This document shows, piece after piece, positions 17,239-25,605 of a DNA stretch of 27,630 nucleotides. How positions within the stretch are numbered: position 1 is the stretch's first letter; every line of letters starts with the position of its first letter. The translations under genes were made by a program, and so were the position numbers. Location: UHGV virus genome UHGV-1949486; one strand, 5' to 3'. The notes below the pieces were generated by a model. The model did no database searches. It saw nothing but the letters and a program-made list of their open reading frames with translations, and was not told the origin of the DNA. This stretch comes from a virus.

Positions 17239-17463
17239 ATGAACAAACAACAAGTTCGGGCACGGCTGGTTGAACGAGGCAGTAGCTTGCGCCAGTTCGC
17301 GCTTAACGCGGGCTATGAACCACGAACAGTCACCCAGGCAGTCAGTCGCTGGGCTGGTAAAAGTGAACTACCTCGCGGTCGTTTGACTTATCGGATTTTG
17401 CGAGATCTATCGGTTGCAATAGGTAAAGAAGTTACCCCCGGTATCCTTAAGGAGGCGTCATGA
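17239..17463 (+). CDS. ner: Ner-like DNA-binding protein (Mu Ner / Nlp family)
   Basis: Similarity to Mu Ner core (SLRQFALNAGYEPRTVTQAVSRW); first early gene; ATG at 17239 preferred over GTG at 17233 on AGGA spacing. Confidence 0.7.
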   Translation: MNKQQVRARLVERGSSLRQFALNAGYEPRTVTQAVSRWAGKSELPRGRLTYRILRDLSVAIGKEVTPGILKEAS

Positions 17464-17768
17464 ATAAACCAAATACATCAAGCTCAGGTATCCGTATTTT
17501 GCGCGTTCTTAAGGCCTTACGTGGCCACGCTTTGAACGGTGTTTCTAACGGGGAACTAGCGGTTGCACTGCACGAATCACCGGCAAACATCAACCGGGCA
17601 CTTAACACGCTCATTGAAGAAGGGTTGGCTCTGAAACTAGAAAACGGGCGTTTCGCACCAGGCATCCAGTTGCTGCAGATCGCCATGGCCCACAGTAACG
17701 AGATGGCACGTGCACAGGATCGCATTAACGAAATCAACCAACGTGTTATTTCAGGTAGTCGTTTGTAA
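17460..17768 (+). CDS. Putative winged-helix DNA-binding protein (hypothetical early protein)
   Basis: 102 aa; AAGGAGG Shine-Dalgarno; ATGA overlap with ner stop; HTH-like segment NGVSNGELAVALHESPANINRALNTLIEEGL. Confidence 0.5.
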   Translation: MNKPNTSSSGIRILRVLKALRGHALNGVSNGELAVALHESPANINRALNTLIEEGLALKLENGRFAPGIQLLQIAMAHSNEMARAQDRINEINQRVISGSRL

Positions 17769-17778
17769 GGAGTAATCA

Positions 17779-18690
17779 ATGGGACGCACCAAATCACCGG
17801 TTAGCACTGAACTGAACGTCGAGGTACCGCTGTCGGATGATCTCAATGTCAGTCTAAACGCCATGACACAGCATCGCATGGAAATCATGCAACAGTTCGG
17901 CGATGGTCTGCCTTATGAGCGCGATCGTGTTGTCCATGAGGCACGCTTTTATATGGCACAGAGCGCTGAGGCCATGCTGGAGGCAGGTAAGCGGCTGATA
18001 ATCCTTAAGGAAAATGAACCACACGGGGAGTTTATAAAGATTCTTGAAAGTGAGTTGGGGCTGGCATACCGGACATCTGTGAGAATGATGCAAGCATCGA
18101 CAAAATACTTATCCCCGGCGCTGAAACCAAATGTGCCAACGTTGGCACATTTGGGAAAAGCCAAACTTTTCGAATTAATGACAGAAGACGACGAAGAGCT
18201 TGCCGAACTGGCCGACGGCGGCACAGTTGCCGGCCTGACGCTTGACGACGTTGATCGCATGTCAGTACGCGAACTTCGCCAGGCCCTGCGCGAAGCGCGC
18301 GAAACCAACGCAGCACAACAGCGCGTACTCGCCGATAAAAATGAAAAAATTGATTCTCTCTCTACCAGACTGGAAAAGAAATCCCGTATTCAGCTGCCTG
18401 AGCCTGATGAGGAGGTTAAGAAGCTGCGGGCGGAAGTGACAGCATTAGCGGTTGAGGCGGAATCTGCCATCGCCGTTCGACTGTCCAGCGCTTTTGAGAC
18501 ACTGTGCGCATATTGTGCTGAAAACATGATTGATACCCCCAGAGACTTCATGGCAGGCCTGGTCTGTCAACTGGAAAGCACAGCGCGTAGCCTGCGCTCC
18601 ACATTTGACCTGCCGGACGAGCCAACAGGCGATGTCGCGCCTTCATGGCTGACTGAGCCGACGCCACAGATTAACGGGCTGGAGGCATAA
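17779..18690 (+). CDS. Hypothetical early protein (303 aa)
   Basis: AAGGAG Shine-Dalgarno; acidic and coiled-coil-rich; no catalytic motif recognised. Confidence 0.5.
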   Translation: MGRTKSPVSTELNVEVPLSDDLNVSLNAMTQHRMEIMQQFGDGLPYERDRVVHEARFYMAQSAEAMLEAGKRLIILKENEPHGEFIKILESELGLAYRTSVRMMQASTKYLSPALKPNVPTLAHLGKAKLFELMTEDDEELAELADGGTVAGLTLDDVDRMSVRELRQALREARETNAAQQRVLADKNEKIDSLSTRLEKKSRIQLPEPDEEVKKLRAEVTALAVEAESAIAVRLSSAFETLCAYCAENMIDTPRDFMAGLVCQLESTARSLRSTFDLPDEPTGDVAPSWLTEPTPQINGLEA

Positions 18691-18693
18691 CCA

Positions 18694-20463
18694 ATGAATG
18701 CTGCCCTGACTGAACGACTGGTTTATGTCGCCCGCGCGGCACGTGACGCGGGGCATGGTAAACGCGGTGCAATATACGACGCTGCCTGTGCTGAACTTGG
18801 CATGTCCCGCGCCACTCTGCTGCGCAGGCTGAAGGAGGTCTCTGTGACTGATAAACGCAAAAAACGCGCCGATGCCGGGCGCAGCGCCCTGACCCGCGAC
18901 GAAGCCGCGCTGATATCTGCCACACTGCGTGAGGCCACCCGCAAGAACGGTAAGCGTCTCTATTCCATCGCAGATGCAGTGGAAACCCTGCGGGCTAACG
19001 GCTTTATCTCCGCAGGCAGAACAGATGAAACCACCGGTGAGTTTTTCCCGTTGTCCGAAGATGCCATCAGCCGTGCCCTGCGTAACTATGGCCTGCACCC
19101 GGAACAACTGGATGCCCCTGCGCCGCATACCGAAGTGGCCAGTCTGCATCCCAATCACGTCTGGCAGATTGATGCCTCGCTCTGCACGCTTTACTACCTG
19201 AGCAATGGACACAAAGGGCTGCAGGTGATGGACAGCGCGAAATTCTACAAGAACAAGCCCGCTAACCTTGCCCGTATCGCCAGTGACCGCGTGTGGAGTT
19301 ATGAGATTACCGACCATGCCAGCGGCTGGATTTACGTTGAGTATGTGACGGGTGCGGAATCCGGTGAGAACCTGTGTTCTGTGCTTATCAACGCCATGCA
19401 GGAGCGTGGCGGCGCAGACGTGCTGCACGGCGTGCCAAAAATACTCTATCTCGACCCCGGCTCGGCAAACACCGCGGGTATGACGAAAAACATGTGCCGC
19501 TCACTGGGCATTGACCTGATAGCGCACAAGCCGCATAACGCCCGCGCCACCGGACAGGTGGAAAAGGCGCGGGACATTATCGAACGCAAGCTGGAGCCGG
19601 GTCTGAAGTTCCGGCCGGTTCACAGTCTGGAAGAACTCAACGCGCTGGCCGCGAAATGGCGCAGCCACTTTAACGCCACGGCTGTTCACAGCCGCCACGG
19701 TAAAACCCGCACGGATATCTGGCTGAAGATTACTGCTGAGCAGCTGAAAAAAGCGCCTTCCGTTGAGGTATGTCGTGAACTGGCTGTGGCGGCACCAGAA
19801 CTCCGCAAAGTCACGCCAAAACTTCGTGTCTCGTTCCGGGGCACTGAATTTGACGTATCAACGGTACCGGGCGTACTGGTTGGTGAAAAACTGATGATTA
19901 CCCGTAACCCATGGCGCAGCGATGTGGCACAGGTGGTTCTGACCGGTGAGGACGGCCACGAGACGTTCTTCCTGGTCGAAGAGGTCAGAAAGAACGAGTT
20001 TGGCTTTGCTGAAGGCGCGGCGGTATTTGGCGAAAGTTACAAAGCCCTGCCGGAAACCCCGGCACAGATGGCGGCAAAAGAAACTGAAGCGCTGGTTACC
20101 GGTACAGACAACGCCGCAGATGCAGCCGCCGCACGCAAGGCGAAGGCGCTGCCGTTCGGCGGGCGGGCTGACCCGCATAAACATAACCACGAAACACTGC
20201 TGCCGGCCTATATGCCGAAGCGTGGTCAGGCCTCTGACGTACGCGGGCCGCGCACTGAACAACGTCCCATGACTCATGTGGAGGCCGCGAAAGCCCTGCG
20301 CGATAAGTTCAGCGCCGACGGCCTTACCTGGACGCCGGAACATTACCGCCAGTTAACGGCACAGTACCCGGACGGCGTACCGGAAGCCGCACTGGATGAA
20401 GTCATGGCCACGCTGACCACACCGGCCAGCAGCAGTGTTATCAGCATAGTTAACGGCAACTGA
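18694..20463 (+). CDS. DDE transposase (Mu A-like / retroviral-integrase-fold catalytic core)
   Basis: 589 aa; candidate catalytic triad blocks HVWQIDAS, ILYLDPGSANT and ATGQVEKARD in the order and spacing of Mu A D-D-E residues; followed by an ATPase gene. Confidence 0.85.
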   Translation: MNAALTERLVYVARAARDAGHGKRGAIYDAACAELGMSRATLLRRLKEVSVTDKRKKRADAGRSALTRDEAALISATLREATRKNGKRLYSIADAVETLRANGFISAGRTDETTGEFFPLSEDAISRALRNYGLHPEQLDAPAPHTEVASLHPNHVWQIDASLCTLYYLSNGHKGLQVMDSAKFYKNKPANLARIASDRVWSYEITDHASGWIYVEYVTGAESGENLCSVLINAMQERGGADVLHGVPKILYLDPGSANTAGMTKNMCRSLGIDLIAHKPHNARATGQVEKARDIIERKLEPGLKFRPVHSLEELNALAAKWRSHFNATAVHSRHGKTRTDIWLKITAEQLKKAPSVEVCRELAVAAPELRKVTPKLRVSFRGTEFDVSTVPGVLVGEKLMITRNPWRSDVAQVVLTGEDGHETFFLVEEVRKNEFGFAEGAAVFGESYKALPETPAQMAAKETEALVTGTDNAADAAAARKAKALPFGGRADPHKHNHETLLPAYMPKRGQASDVRGPRTEQRPMTHVEAAKALRDKFSADGLTWTPEHYRQLTAQYPDGVPEAALDEVMATLTTPASSSVISIVNGN

Positions 20464-20473
20464 GGAGGGAAAC

Positions 20474-21640
20474 ATGCTGGTACTGAAGCAGCAACTGAAA
20501 GAGGCCCGTATTCCACAGGCGGTGGTGGCGAGAGCTGTCGATGTTTCTGAGGCCACGCTGGCCCAGATTGTGAATCATAACGCGTGGCCCCGCACCAGCC
20601 CCGGAGAAGTGCGCCGGCGTCTTGCGTCCTGGCTGGAAAGTCAGGGGATTGATACAACGAAGAGTTTTGATGCTGTACAGGGCGCGGCCACGCCCCGTAC
20701 AGCGGGTACCACAGATAAAACGAGCCTCAGTGAGGAAGAGAATATGTTACTCAAAAAACAGGTGTTATTTCCAGCAACCAAAAAAGCGTTTGGTCTTTTC
20801 CGTGACCCGTTCGCCGACGAAGCCATGCAGGGTTCTGATGATGTGTTCACCACCCCGGATATTCGCTACGTGCGTGAGGCGTTGTACCAGACAGCCCGTC
20901 ATGGTGGGTTTATGGCCGTCATCGGTGAGTCCGGTGCGGGTAAATCCACGCTGCGCCGCGACCTGACTGAACGTATCAACCGCGAGAATGCGCCGGTAAT
21001 TGTTATCGAGCCATACATCATCGCTATGGAAGACAACGATGTGAAAGGGAAAACCCTGAAGGCAGCAGCGATTGCCGAAGCCATTATCAGTACCATCGCA
21101 CCACTGGAAAGCATCAGACGCAGTCAGGACGCCCGCTTTCGCCAGTTGCATCGCGTCCTGAAAGACAGCAGCCAGGCGGGGTTCAGCCACGTTCTGGTGA
21201 TTGAGGAGGCCCACAGTCTGCCCATTCCGACACTGAAACACCTCAAACGCTTTTTTGAGCTGGAGTCCGGTTTCAAAAAACTGCTGTCCATCGTGCTGAT
21301 TGGCCAGCCGGAACTGGCGACAAAACTGTCTGAACGCAATATGGAAGTCCGTGAAGTCGTTCAGCGCTGTGAGGTGGTCGAACTTCTGCCTCTGGACAAT
21401 AACCTTGAAGAGTTTCTGACGTTCAAACTGCAACGGGCCGGTAAACAACTGACGGACATTATGGACGCCAGCGCAGTGGATGCCATACGTGCCCGCCTGA
21501 GCAATCCGGGAAGTCATCGTAAAAATATGGTCAGCCTGCTGTATCCGCTGGCCGTCAGTAACCTGGTAATAGCCGCCATGAATCTGGCCGCTGAAATCGG
21601 GGTTCCACAGGTCAACGCTGACGTTGTCAAAGGGGTTTAA
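20474..21640 (+). CDS. Transposition ATPase (Mu B / TniB-like AAA+ protein)
   Basis: 388 aa; Walker A GESGAGKST and Walker B-like HVLVIEEAHSL; N-terminal HTH-like segment; immediately downstream of the transposase. Confidence 0.8.
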   Translation: MLVLKQQLKEARIPQAVVARAVDVSEATLAQIVNHNAWPRTSPGEVRRRLASWLESQGIDTTKSFDAVQGAATPRTAGTTDKTSLSEEENMLLKKQVLFPATKKAFGLFRDPFADEAMQGSDDVFTTPDIRYVREALYQTARHGGFMAVIGESGAGKSTLRRDLTERINRENAPVIVIEPYIIAMEDNDVKGKTLKAAAIAEAIISTIAPLESIRRSQDARFRQLHRVLKDSSQAGFSHVLVIEEAHSLPIPTLKHLKRFFELESGFKKLLSIVLIGQPELATKLSERNMEVREVVQRCEVVELLPLDNNLEEFLTFKLQRAGKQLTDIMDASAVDAIRARLSNPGSHRKNMVSLLYPLAVSNLVIAAMNLAAEIGVPQVNADVVKGV

Positions 21641-21642
21641 TA

Positions 21643-21912
21643 ATGAAATCCACCACAGGTATCAACCAGCAAATCAGCAAAGTGCAGTCAGCCATTATGG
21701 CGCTTAAGGCGACGAACACGGATGTACAAAGCATCACCATCAGGGGTAACAAACCTGTCATCCGCGTTTCCCGGAGTGCGCATTGCATGCGCATGCTTGA
21801 GCAGGGAAAGGCCTGTTATCTGTATACCGGTCATGACCACAGGGGACATTTCCGTCAGGGCGTTTTCGAACTGCACGGCTGTCGCGTCGTGTGGCCGGAA
21901 TCTTTGTGGTAA
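21643..21912 (+). CDS. Hypothetical early protein (89 aa)
   Basis: ORF starting 3 nt after the ATPase gene stop; no motif recognised. Confidence 0.4.
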   Translation: MKSTTGINQQISKVQSAIMALKATNTDVQSITIRGNKPVIRVSRSAHCMRMLEQGKACYLYTGHDHRGHFRQGVFELHGCRVVWPESLW

Positions 21913-21939
21913 TCAGCACAACAGGAGGAGTCATAAAAT

Positions 21940-22470
21940 ATGGCAAAAAGTACAAAAGGGGCAAAACGTATCAAAGCCGCAGCAGCACTCTGGGTGCCGG
22001 GGACACGCGAAGAGGTCATTGAGGGAATCAGACTGCTTGGTGACGCGCAACGTGAACTGGTCAGGGCTGAAACAGAAATGAATGACACCATTGGCGACAT
22101 CACTGCACGTTATGCCCCGCTCACCGAGAGCCTGAAAAAACGCATGGCCGAACTGCAGTCCGGTATCCAGACATGGTGTGAGGCGCACCGTGATGAACTG
22201 ACCGGCAACGGGAAGGTGAAGTTCGCTAACCTCACCACCGGCGAGGTGCAGTGGCGAAACCGTCCGCCGTCAGTCAGCATTCGCGGGGCGGATAATGTTA
22301 TTGAATTACTGAGACGTCTGGGGCTTGAGCGCTTTATTCGTGTAAAGGAGGAAATAAATAAAGATGCCATTCTGAATGAAAAAGAGGCTGTGAAAAATAT
22401 TCCCGGTATTACCATAAAAAGTGATATTGAGGATTTTTCAATAATTCCTTTTGAGCAGGATGTGCAGTAA
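21940..22470 (+). CDS. gam: Gam-like host-nuclease inhibitor (Mu Gam family, DNA-end binding)
   Basis: 176 aa; strong similarity to Mu Gam as recalled (KRIKAAAA..., ETEMNDTI, WCEAHRDELT, VKFANLTTGEVQWRNRPPSVSIRG, FIRVKEEINKDAIL, GITIKSDIEDFSIIPFEQ); AGGAGG Shine-Dalgarno. Confidence 0.85.
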   Translation: MAKSTKGAKRIKAAAALWVPGTREEVIEGIRLLGDAQRELVRAETEMNDTIGDITARYAPLTESLKKRMAELQSGIQTWCEAHRDELTGNGKVKFANLTTGEVQWRNRPPSVSIRGADNVIELLRRLGLERFIRVKEEINKDAILNEKEAVKNIPGITIKSDIEDFSIIPFEQDVQ

Positions 22471-22567
22471 ACACACCACGTTAATTATTTAATAAAAACA
22501 TTTTCTTTTTTATTCCGGCGTCAGCGCCGCGGGCTTCTGCACGCCGGAAACAGAGGAGAATTAAATT

Positions 22568-22762
22568 ATGATATTTAAATGTATTCAGTGCGAGAGGGAT
22601 ATAACAGCCCTGCGTTTTCACAGCGCCATCGCCGTGATGTCCGGTAAGTATCACATACCTGCAGTACGTGTCACCCTGGTCTGCCCGTACTGCAGCCAGC
22701 ATTTTTCGGCGGACGTGCCCGTCATAGAATTCTCCCGCCCTGACAGGGAGGACGCGCAATGA
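22568..22762 (+). CDS. Small putative zinc-ribbon protein (two CxxC pairs)
   Basis: 64 aa; KCIQC and VCPYC motifs; GAGGAG Shine-Dalgarno. Confidence 0.45.
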   Translation: MIFKCIQCERDITALRFHSAIAVMSGKYHIPAVRVTLVCPYCSQHFSADVPVIEFSRPDREDAQ

Positions 22763-23031
22763 TTACCCCACAGGAAGCACGACAGCGCACCCGAACTCTT
22801 GTTGAACACTATGTCAACGAGTGTGAATGCCGCGACCTCACCGATGTGAAGCACGTCCTGACGGCGCTAATCAGCATGGCCACACAGGCCATTGTGGCGA
22901 CCAACGGAAAGGAGGCTGCCCTGCAGGTACTGATGAACACACTCACCCACACGGCAGAGCATGAGGTGCCGTACCGGATGGAAACCACTGCAGAAGGCGG
23001 CCTGCACATCACCGTCAGCCGGAAGCACTGA
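22759..23031 (+). CDS. Hypothetical early protein (90 aa)
   Basis: GGGAGG Shine-Dalgarno; 4-bp overlap with the upstream gene. Confidence 0.45.
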   Translation: MITPQEARQRTRTLVEHYVNECECRDLTDVKHVLTALISMATQAIVATNGKEAALQVLMNTLTHTAEHEVPYRMETTAEGGLHITVSRKH

Positions 23032-23040
23032 GGGCGCGGC

Positions 23041-23337
23041 ATGACACGAAACACCGAACTCACCCGCACCGCCCTCTACCGTCTGGCCCTGCAGCGTTTC
23101 GGGCCGGACGCACAGGCCCTGAAACTGACAGAAGAGGCCGCTGAACTGGCGGCCAGTGCTGCCCGCAATCTGAACGGACAGGGCAGCGAAAGTGACCTCG
23201 CGGCAGAGCTGGCAGACGTGGAAATCATGACAGAGCAACTGCGCCTTCAGGGGATGGACCGGCTGATTGACTTCCACAAACAGAAAAAACTGGAACGTCT
23301 GGCTGCACGACTGGGCGTGATTTACACGAACGAGTAA
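23041..23337 (+). CDS. Putative MazG-like nucleotide pyrophosphohydrolase domain protein
   Basis: 98 aa; paired acidic helices with EEAAELA and ELADVEIM motifs characteristic of the small MazG/NTP-PPase fold (assignment by motif only). Confidence 0.45.
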   Translation: MTRNTELTRTALYRLALQRFGPDAQALKLTEEAAELAASAARNLNGQGSESDLAAELADVEIMTEQLRLQGMDRLIDFHKQKKLERLAARLGVIYTNE

Positions 23338-23351
23338 CCGGGAGGCATTCA

Positions 23352-23567
23352 ATGGCTGACATACTCAGGGAAATCACCGCATGGACACTGATTCTTACTG
23401 GCCTGGCGACATGCCTCAGTGCGGGGGCAGCCCTGGCTGCCCTGCTGATGCACATAACAACACAGTGGTTATGGGAAAAGCTTAAAGCAGCATACAGCCT
23501 GAAAGAGCTGTCCGACGCTGTCCGGGCATGGAAACGGCAGAAAAATACCGGAGATACAGAACAATGA
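23352..23567 (+). CDS. Small hypothetical membrane protein
   Basis: 71 aa with one hydrophobic helix (AWTLILTGLATCLSAGAALAALLM); GGGAGG Shine-Dalgarno. Confidence 0.4.
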   Translation: MADILREITAWTLILTGLATCLSAGAALAALLMHITTQWLWEKLKAAYSLKELSDAVRAWKRQKNTGDTEQ

Positions 23568-24247
23568 CAGACCAGAATAAACACATTGAGAAACTGAAAA
23601 AGTTGCTGGCGCTGGCCGCATCCGGCAACCCGCACGAGGCCGCTCTGGCACTGCGCCGAGCCCGTAAACTGATGGATGTTCACGGCATCACACATTCCGA
23701 CATTGCTATGAGTGATATTGATGAAACCATCAGTCATTACTGGCCGACAGGCAGTCTCCGTCCACCGCGCTACATGCTGGGCCTGATGAACATCATCCGC
23801 GAGGCATTTGGTGTTAACTCCATCATTCACCCCGGCACGCATCCGTCTGTGGGGTTCTACGGTAACCGGGAACGAGCGGCACTGGCTGCGTACACCTGGG
23901 AAGTGCTGGTCCGCCAGCTGAAAAAGGCGCGTCAGCAGTATATCAGCGCACAGAACAAAAGAATAAAAAACGCCACCCGTACCAGCCGTGGAGACCAGTT
24001 TGCTGAAGGCTGGGTACTGGCCGTTATCAGTGAAATACAGTCCTTTGCCCTGACCGATGATGAGCGTGAACTGATGCAACAGTGGCTGGAACATAAATAC
24101 CCGCAGACGCAAACCACCAGGGCGCGTAAACCGGGAAGAAGCCGCAATGGCGACGCCTCGCGCTATGCGGGGTTTCGTGAAGGGCAGAACGTCAGACTGC
24201 ACCGCCCGGTCAGTGGGCAGGAACAACAGAAACTGGAGGCCAGATGA
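23564..24247 (+). CDS. Hypothetical protein with DUF2786-like N-terminal domain
   Basis: Start placed at ATG 23564 (GGAGA Shine-Dalgarno 11 nt upstream) rather than the ORF-track start 23528; N-terminus IEKLKKLLALAASGNPHEAALALRRARKLMDVHGI is the characteristic DUF2786 pattern. Confidence 0.5.
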   Translation: MTDQNKHIEKLKKLLALAASGNPHEAALALRRARKLMDVHGITHSDIAMSDIDETISHYWPTGSLRPPRYMLGLMNIIREAFGVNSIIHPGTHPSVGFYGNRERAALAAYTWEVLVRQLKKARQQYISAQNKRIKNATRTSRGDQFAEGWVLAVISEIQSFALTDDERELMQQWLEHKYPQTQTTRARKPGRSRNGDASRYAGFREGQNVRLHRPVSGQEQQKLEAR

Positions 24248-24474
24248 TTACGCTATCAGGTAACAGCCGGAAATTAAAAGCCTGCCGAATATCTGCCAGA
24301 TACCTTTTTGCCCGCGCCTTTTTTAAGAACGTCAGGCCGGGGATCACAATTGGTGTTATTGCCGGACGCGAACAGGTTGAAAAATACATGTCAGGTGCAT
24401 GGTGGAATAACGACCCTGTCATTGCTGCCCGTAATATTCATATCGAATGGGGAGGTATTCAGAATGACTACTGA
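24244..24474 (+). CDS. Hypothetical early protein (76 aa)
   Basis: GGAGG Shine-Dalgarno; ATGA overlap with the upstream gene. Confidence 0.4.
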   Translation: MITLSGNSRKLKACRISARYLFARAFFKNVRPGITIGVIAGREQVEKYMSGAWWNNDPVIAARNIHIEWGGIQNDY

Positions 24475-24670
24475 AACCATTGTCTGTTTTCTTTTCTGGT
24501 ATATGTACGCAGGATCATGCAGCGCAAGACTTCATCGTTCCCTGGGCTATGGCAGGCACTACGACACCGCGCATTACATCCTGTACATGACCGCCGTCAT
24601 GTTGTTCTGGCCAGTCACCCTGCCAGCTGCAACCGACATTGTTGCCGACAGACTGAAAAAAAGGAGATGA
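24464..24670 (+). CDS. Small hypothetical membrane protein (68 aa)
   Basis: Internal ATG at 24464 of ORF 24308-24670, with GGAGG 8 nt upstream; two hydrophobic helices. Confidence 0.4.
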   Translation: MTTETIVCFLFWYMYAGSCSARLHRSLGYGRHYDTAHYILYMTAVMLFWPVTLPAATDIVADRLKKRR

Positions 24671-24671
24671 T

Positions 24672-25121
24672 ATGCAGAAAAAACGCCTGATACAGCTTAT
24701 CCATATTGCCCGTAATGAACTGGGTATGGATGAAGACACCTACCGCCAGATGTTACAGGGGCTGACCGGTAAAGCCTCAACCAAAGGAATGGATACCACA
24801 CAACTAAACTGCGTGCTGGAATCCATGAAAAAGAAAGGCTTTCGCGTTAAACCAGCCAGAAAAGCCAGCTCCGGTTTACCGCTGGATAACCATCCGCAGT
24901 CCAGGAAAATTCGTGCGCTATGGCTTGAAATGGCTGCTGCCGGCATTGTTCGTGACCGTTCAGAAAATGCATTAGCGCGGTGGATCAAGCGGGAAACGGG
25001 CATCAGCGCCCTGCGCTGGCTCAATACTGAACAGGCAAGCAGTGTTATTGAGAAACTGAAGAAGTGGCAGCACAGAGCTGCGGGAGTAAAACATGAGCGA
25101 CCTGAATCAGTTTCGAAGTAA
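24672..25121 (+). CDS. gemA: GemA-like regulatory protein (Mu gp16 / DUF1018 family)
   Basis: 149 aa; N-terminal LIQLIHIARNELGMDEDTYRQMLQGLTGKAS...KKGF pattern typical of Mu GemA; located just upstream of mor as in Mu. Confidence 0.7.
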   Translation: MQKKRLIQLIHIARNELGMDEDTYRQMLQGLTGKASTKGMDTTQLNCVLESMKKKGFRVKPARKASSGLPLDNHPQSRKIRALWLEMAAAGIVRDRSENALARWIKRETGISALRWLNTEQASSVIEKLKKWQHRAAGVKHERPESVSK

Positions 25122-25491
25122 AGGGCCGGAACTCCTGGTGGAGCTGGCACAGCATACCTCTGAGACCGTTCGCGAGATTATTGATATTGAGCCCGCAATT
25201 GCCGACCAGATTGGTCAGGCCGTCGCGAACCGAATGATGCAGGTCTGGGGCGGGCAAAACGTTTATTTCCCGATGGGCATGGTATGGAAGGTCAGTCAGC
25301 GCGACCGGGAAATCTTCAGGGAGTTTAACGGACGCAACCACCACGAACTGGCCCGCAAGTTTGGTGTTTCGCTTCAGTGGGTCTACAGCGTGGTTAAGCG
25401 GGTCAGAAAAGAAGAACTGGATCGGATGCAGGGCAGGTTGTTTGATGAAGATCTGCCAGAGGAGACGAAAGACGTTAACAAATCCAGATAA
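25093..25491 (+). CDS. mor: Mor/C-family transcriptional activator (Mu Mor-like)
   Basis: 132 aa; C-terminal blocks GGQNVYFP and FREFNGRNHHELARKFGVSLQWVYSVVKRVR match the Mor/C family HTH region; last gene of the early operon. Confidence 0.8.
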   Translation: MSDLNQFRSKGPELLVELAQHTSETVREIIDIEPAIADQIGQAVANRMMQVWGGQNVYFPMGMVWKVSQRDREIFREFNGRNHHELARKFGVSLQWVYSVVKRVRKEELDRMQGRLFDEDLPEETKDVNKSR

Positions 25492-25535
25492 TTCCTGCTT
25501 GTTAAAGTCCTTTCAAAAATCTCCTTATTGTATAA

Positions 25536-25567
25536 AAGCACGGTAGACCCCTTACCGTGCTTTTTTT
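25536..25567 (+). terminator. Rho-independent terminator closing the early operon
   Basis: Perfect 10-bp stem AAGCACGGTA / TACCGTGCTT with 7-nt loop, followed by a run of seven T; 45 nt after the mor stop. Confidence 0.75.
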
Positions 25568-25605
25568 ATGCTCTCTCTTTAGTATTCAGGATGCAGGGAG
25601 AAAAT

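Noticed and set aside
17151-17246. Longer repressor ORF starting at 17246
   Set aside because: The extra 32 codons would overlap the divergent early promoter and ner start, and the translation (MFICTVFLLGYDVLYWVYC...) does not look like a genuine N-terminus; internal ATG at 17150 preferred
18643-19428. 261-aa minus-strand ORF antisense to the transposase
   Set aside because: The transposase on the plus strand has recognisable DDE blocks and a strong ribosome-binding site; this ORF is an antisense artefact
20765-21517. 250-aa plus-strand alternative-frame ORF inside the ATPase gene
   Set aside because: Alternative frame of a gene with clear Walker A and B motifs; no independent evidence
23225-24226. 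333-aa minus-strand ORF across several early genes
   Set aside because: Antisense to a run of short plus-strand genes that each have good Shine-Dalgarno sequences and coupling; Cys/Arg-rich translation
25528-25605. Upstream start (25528) for the terminal membrane protein
   Set aside because: It would translate through the intrinsic terminator hairpin and T-run; the downstream ATG at 25606 has a proper ribosome-binding site
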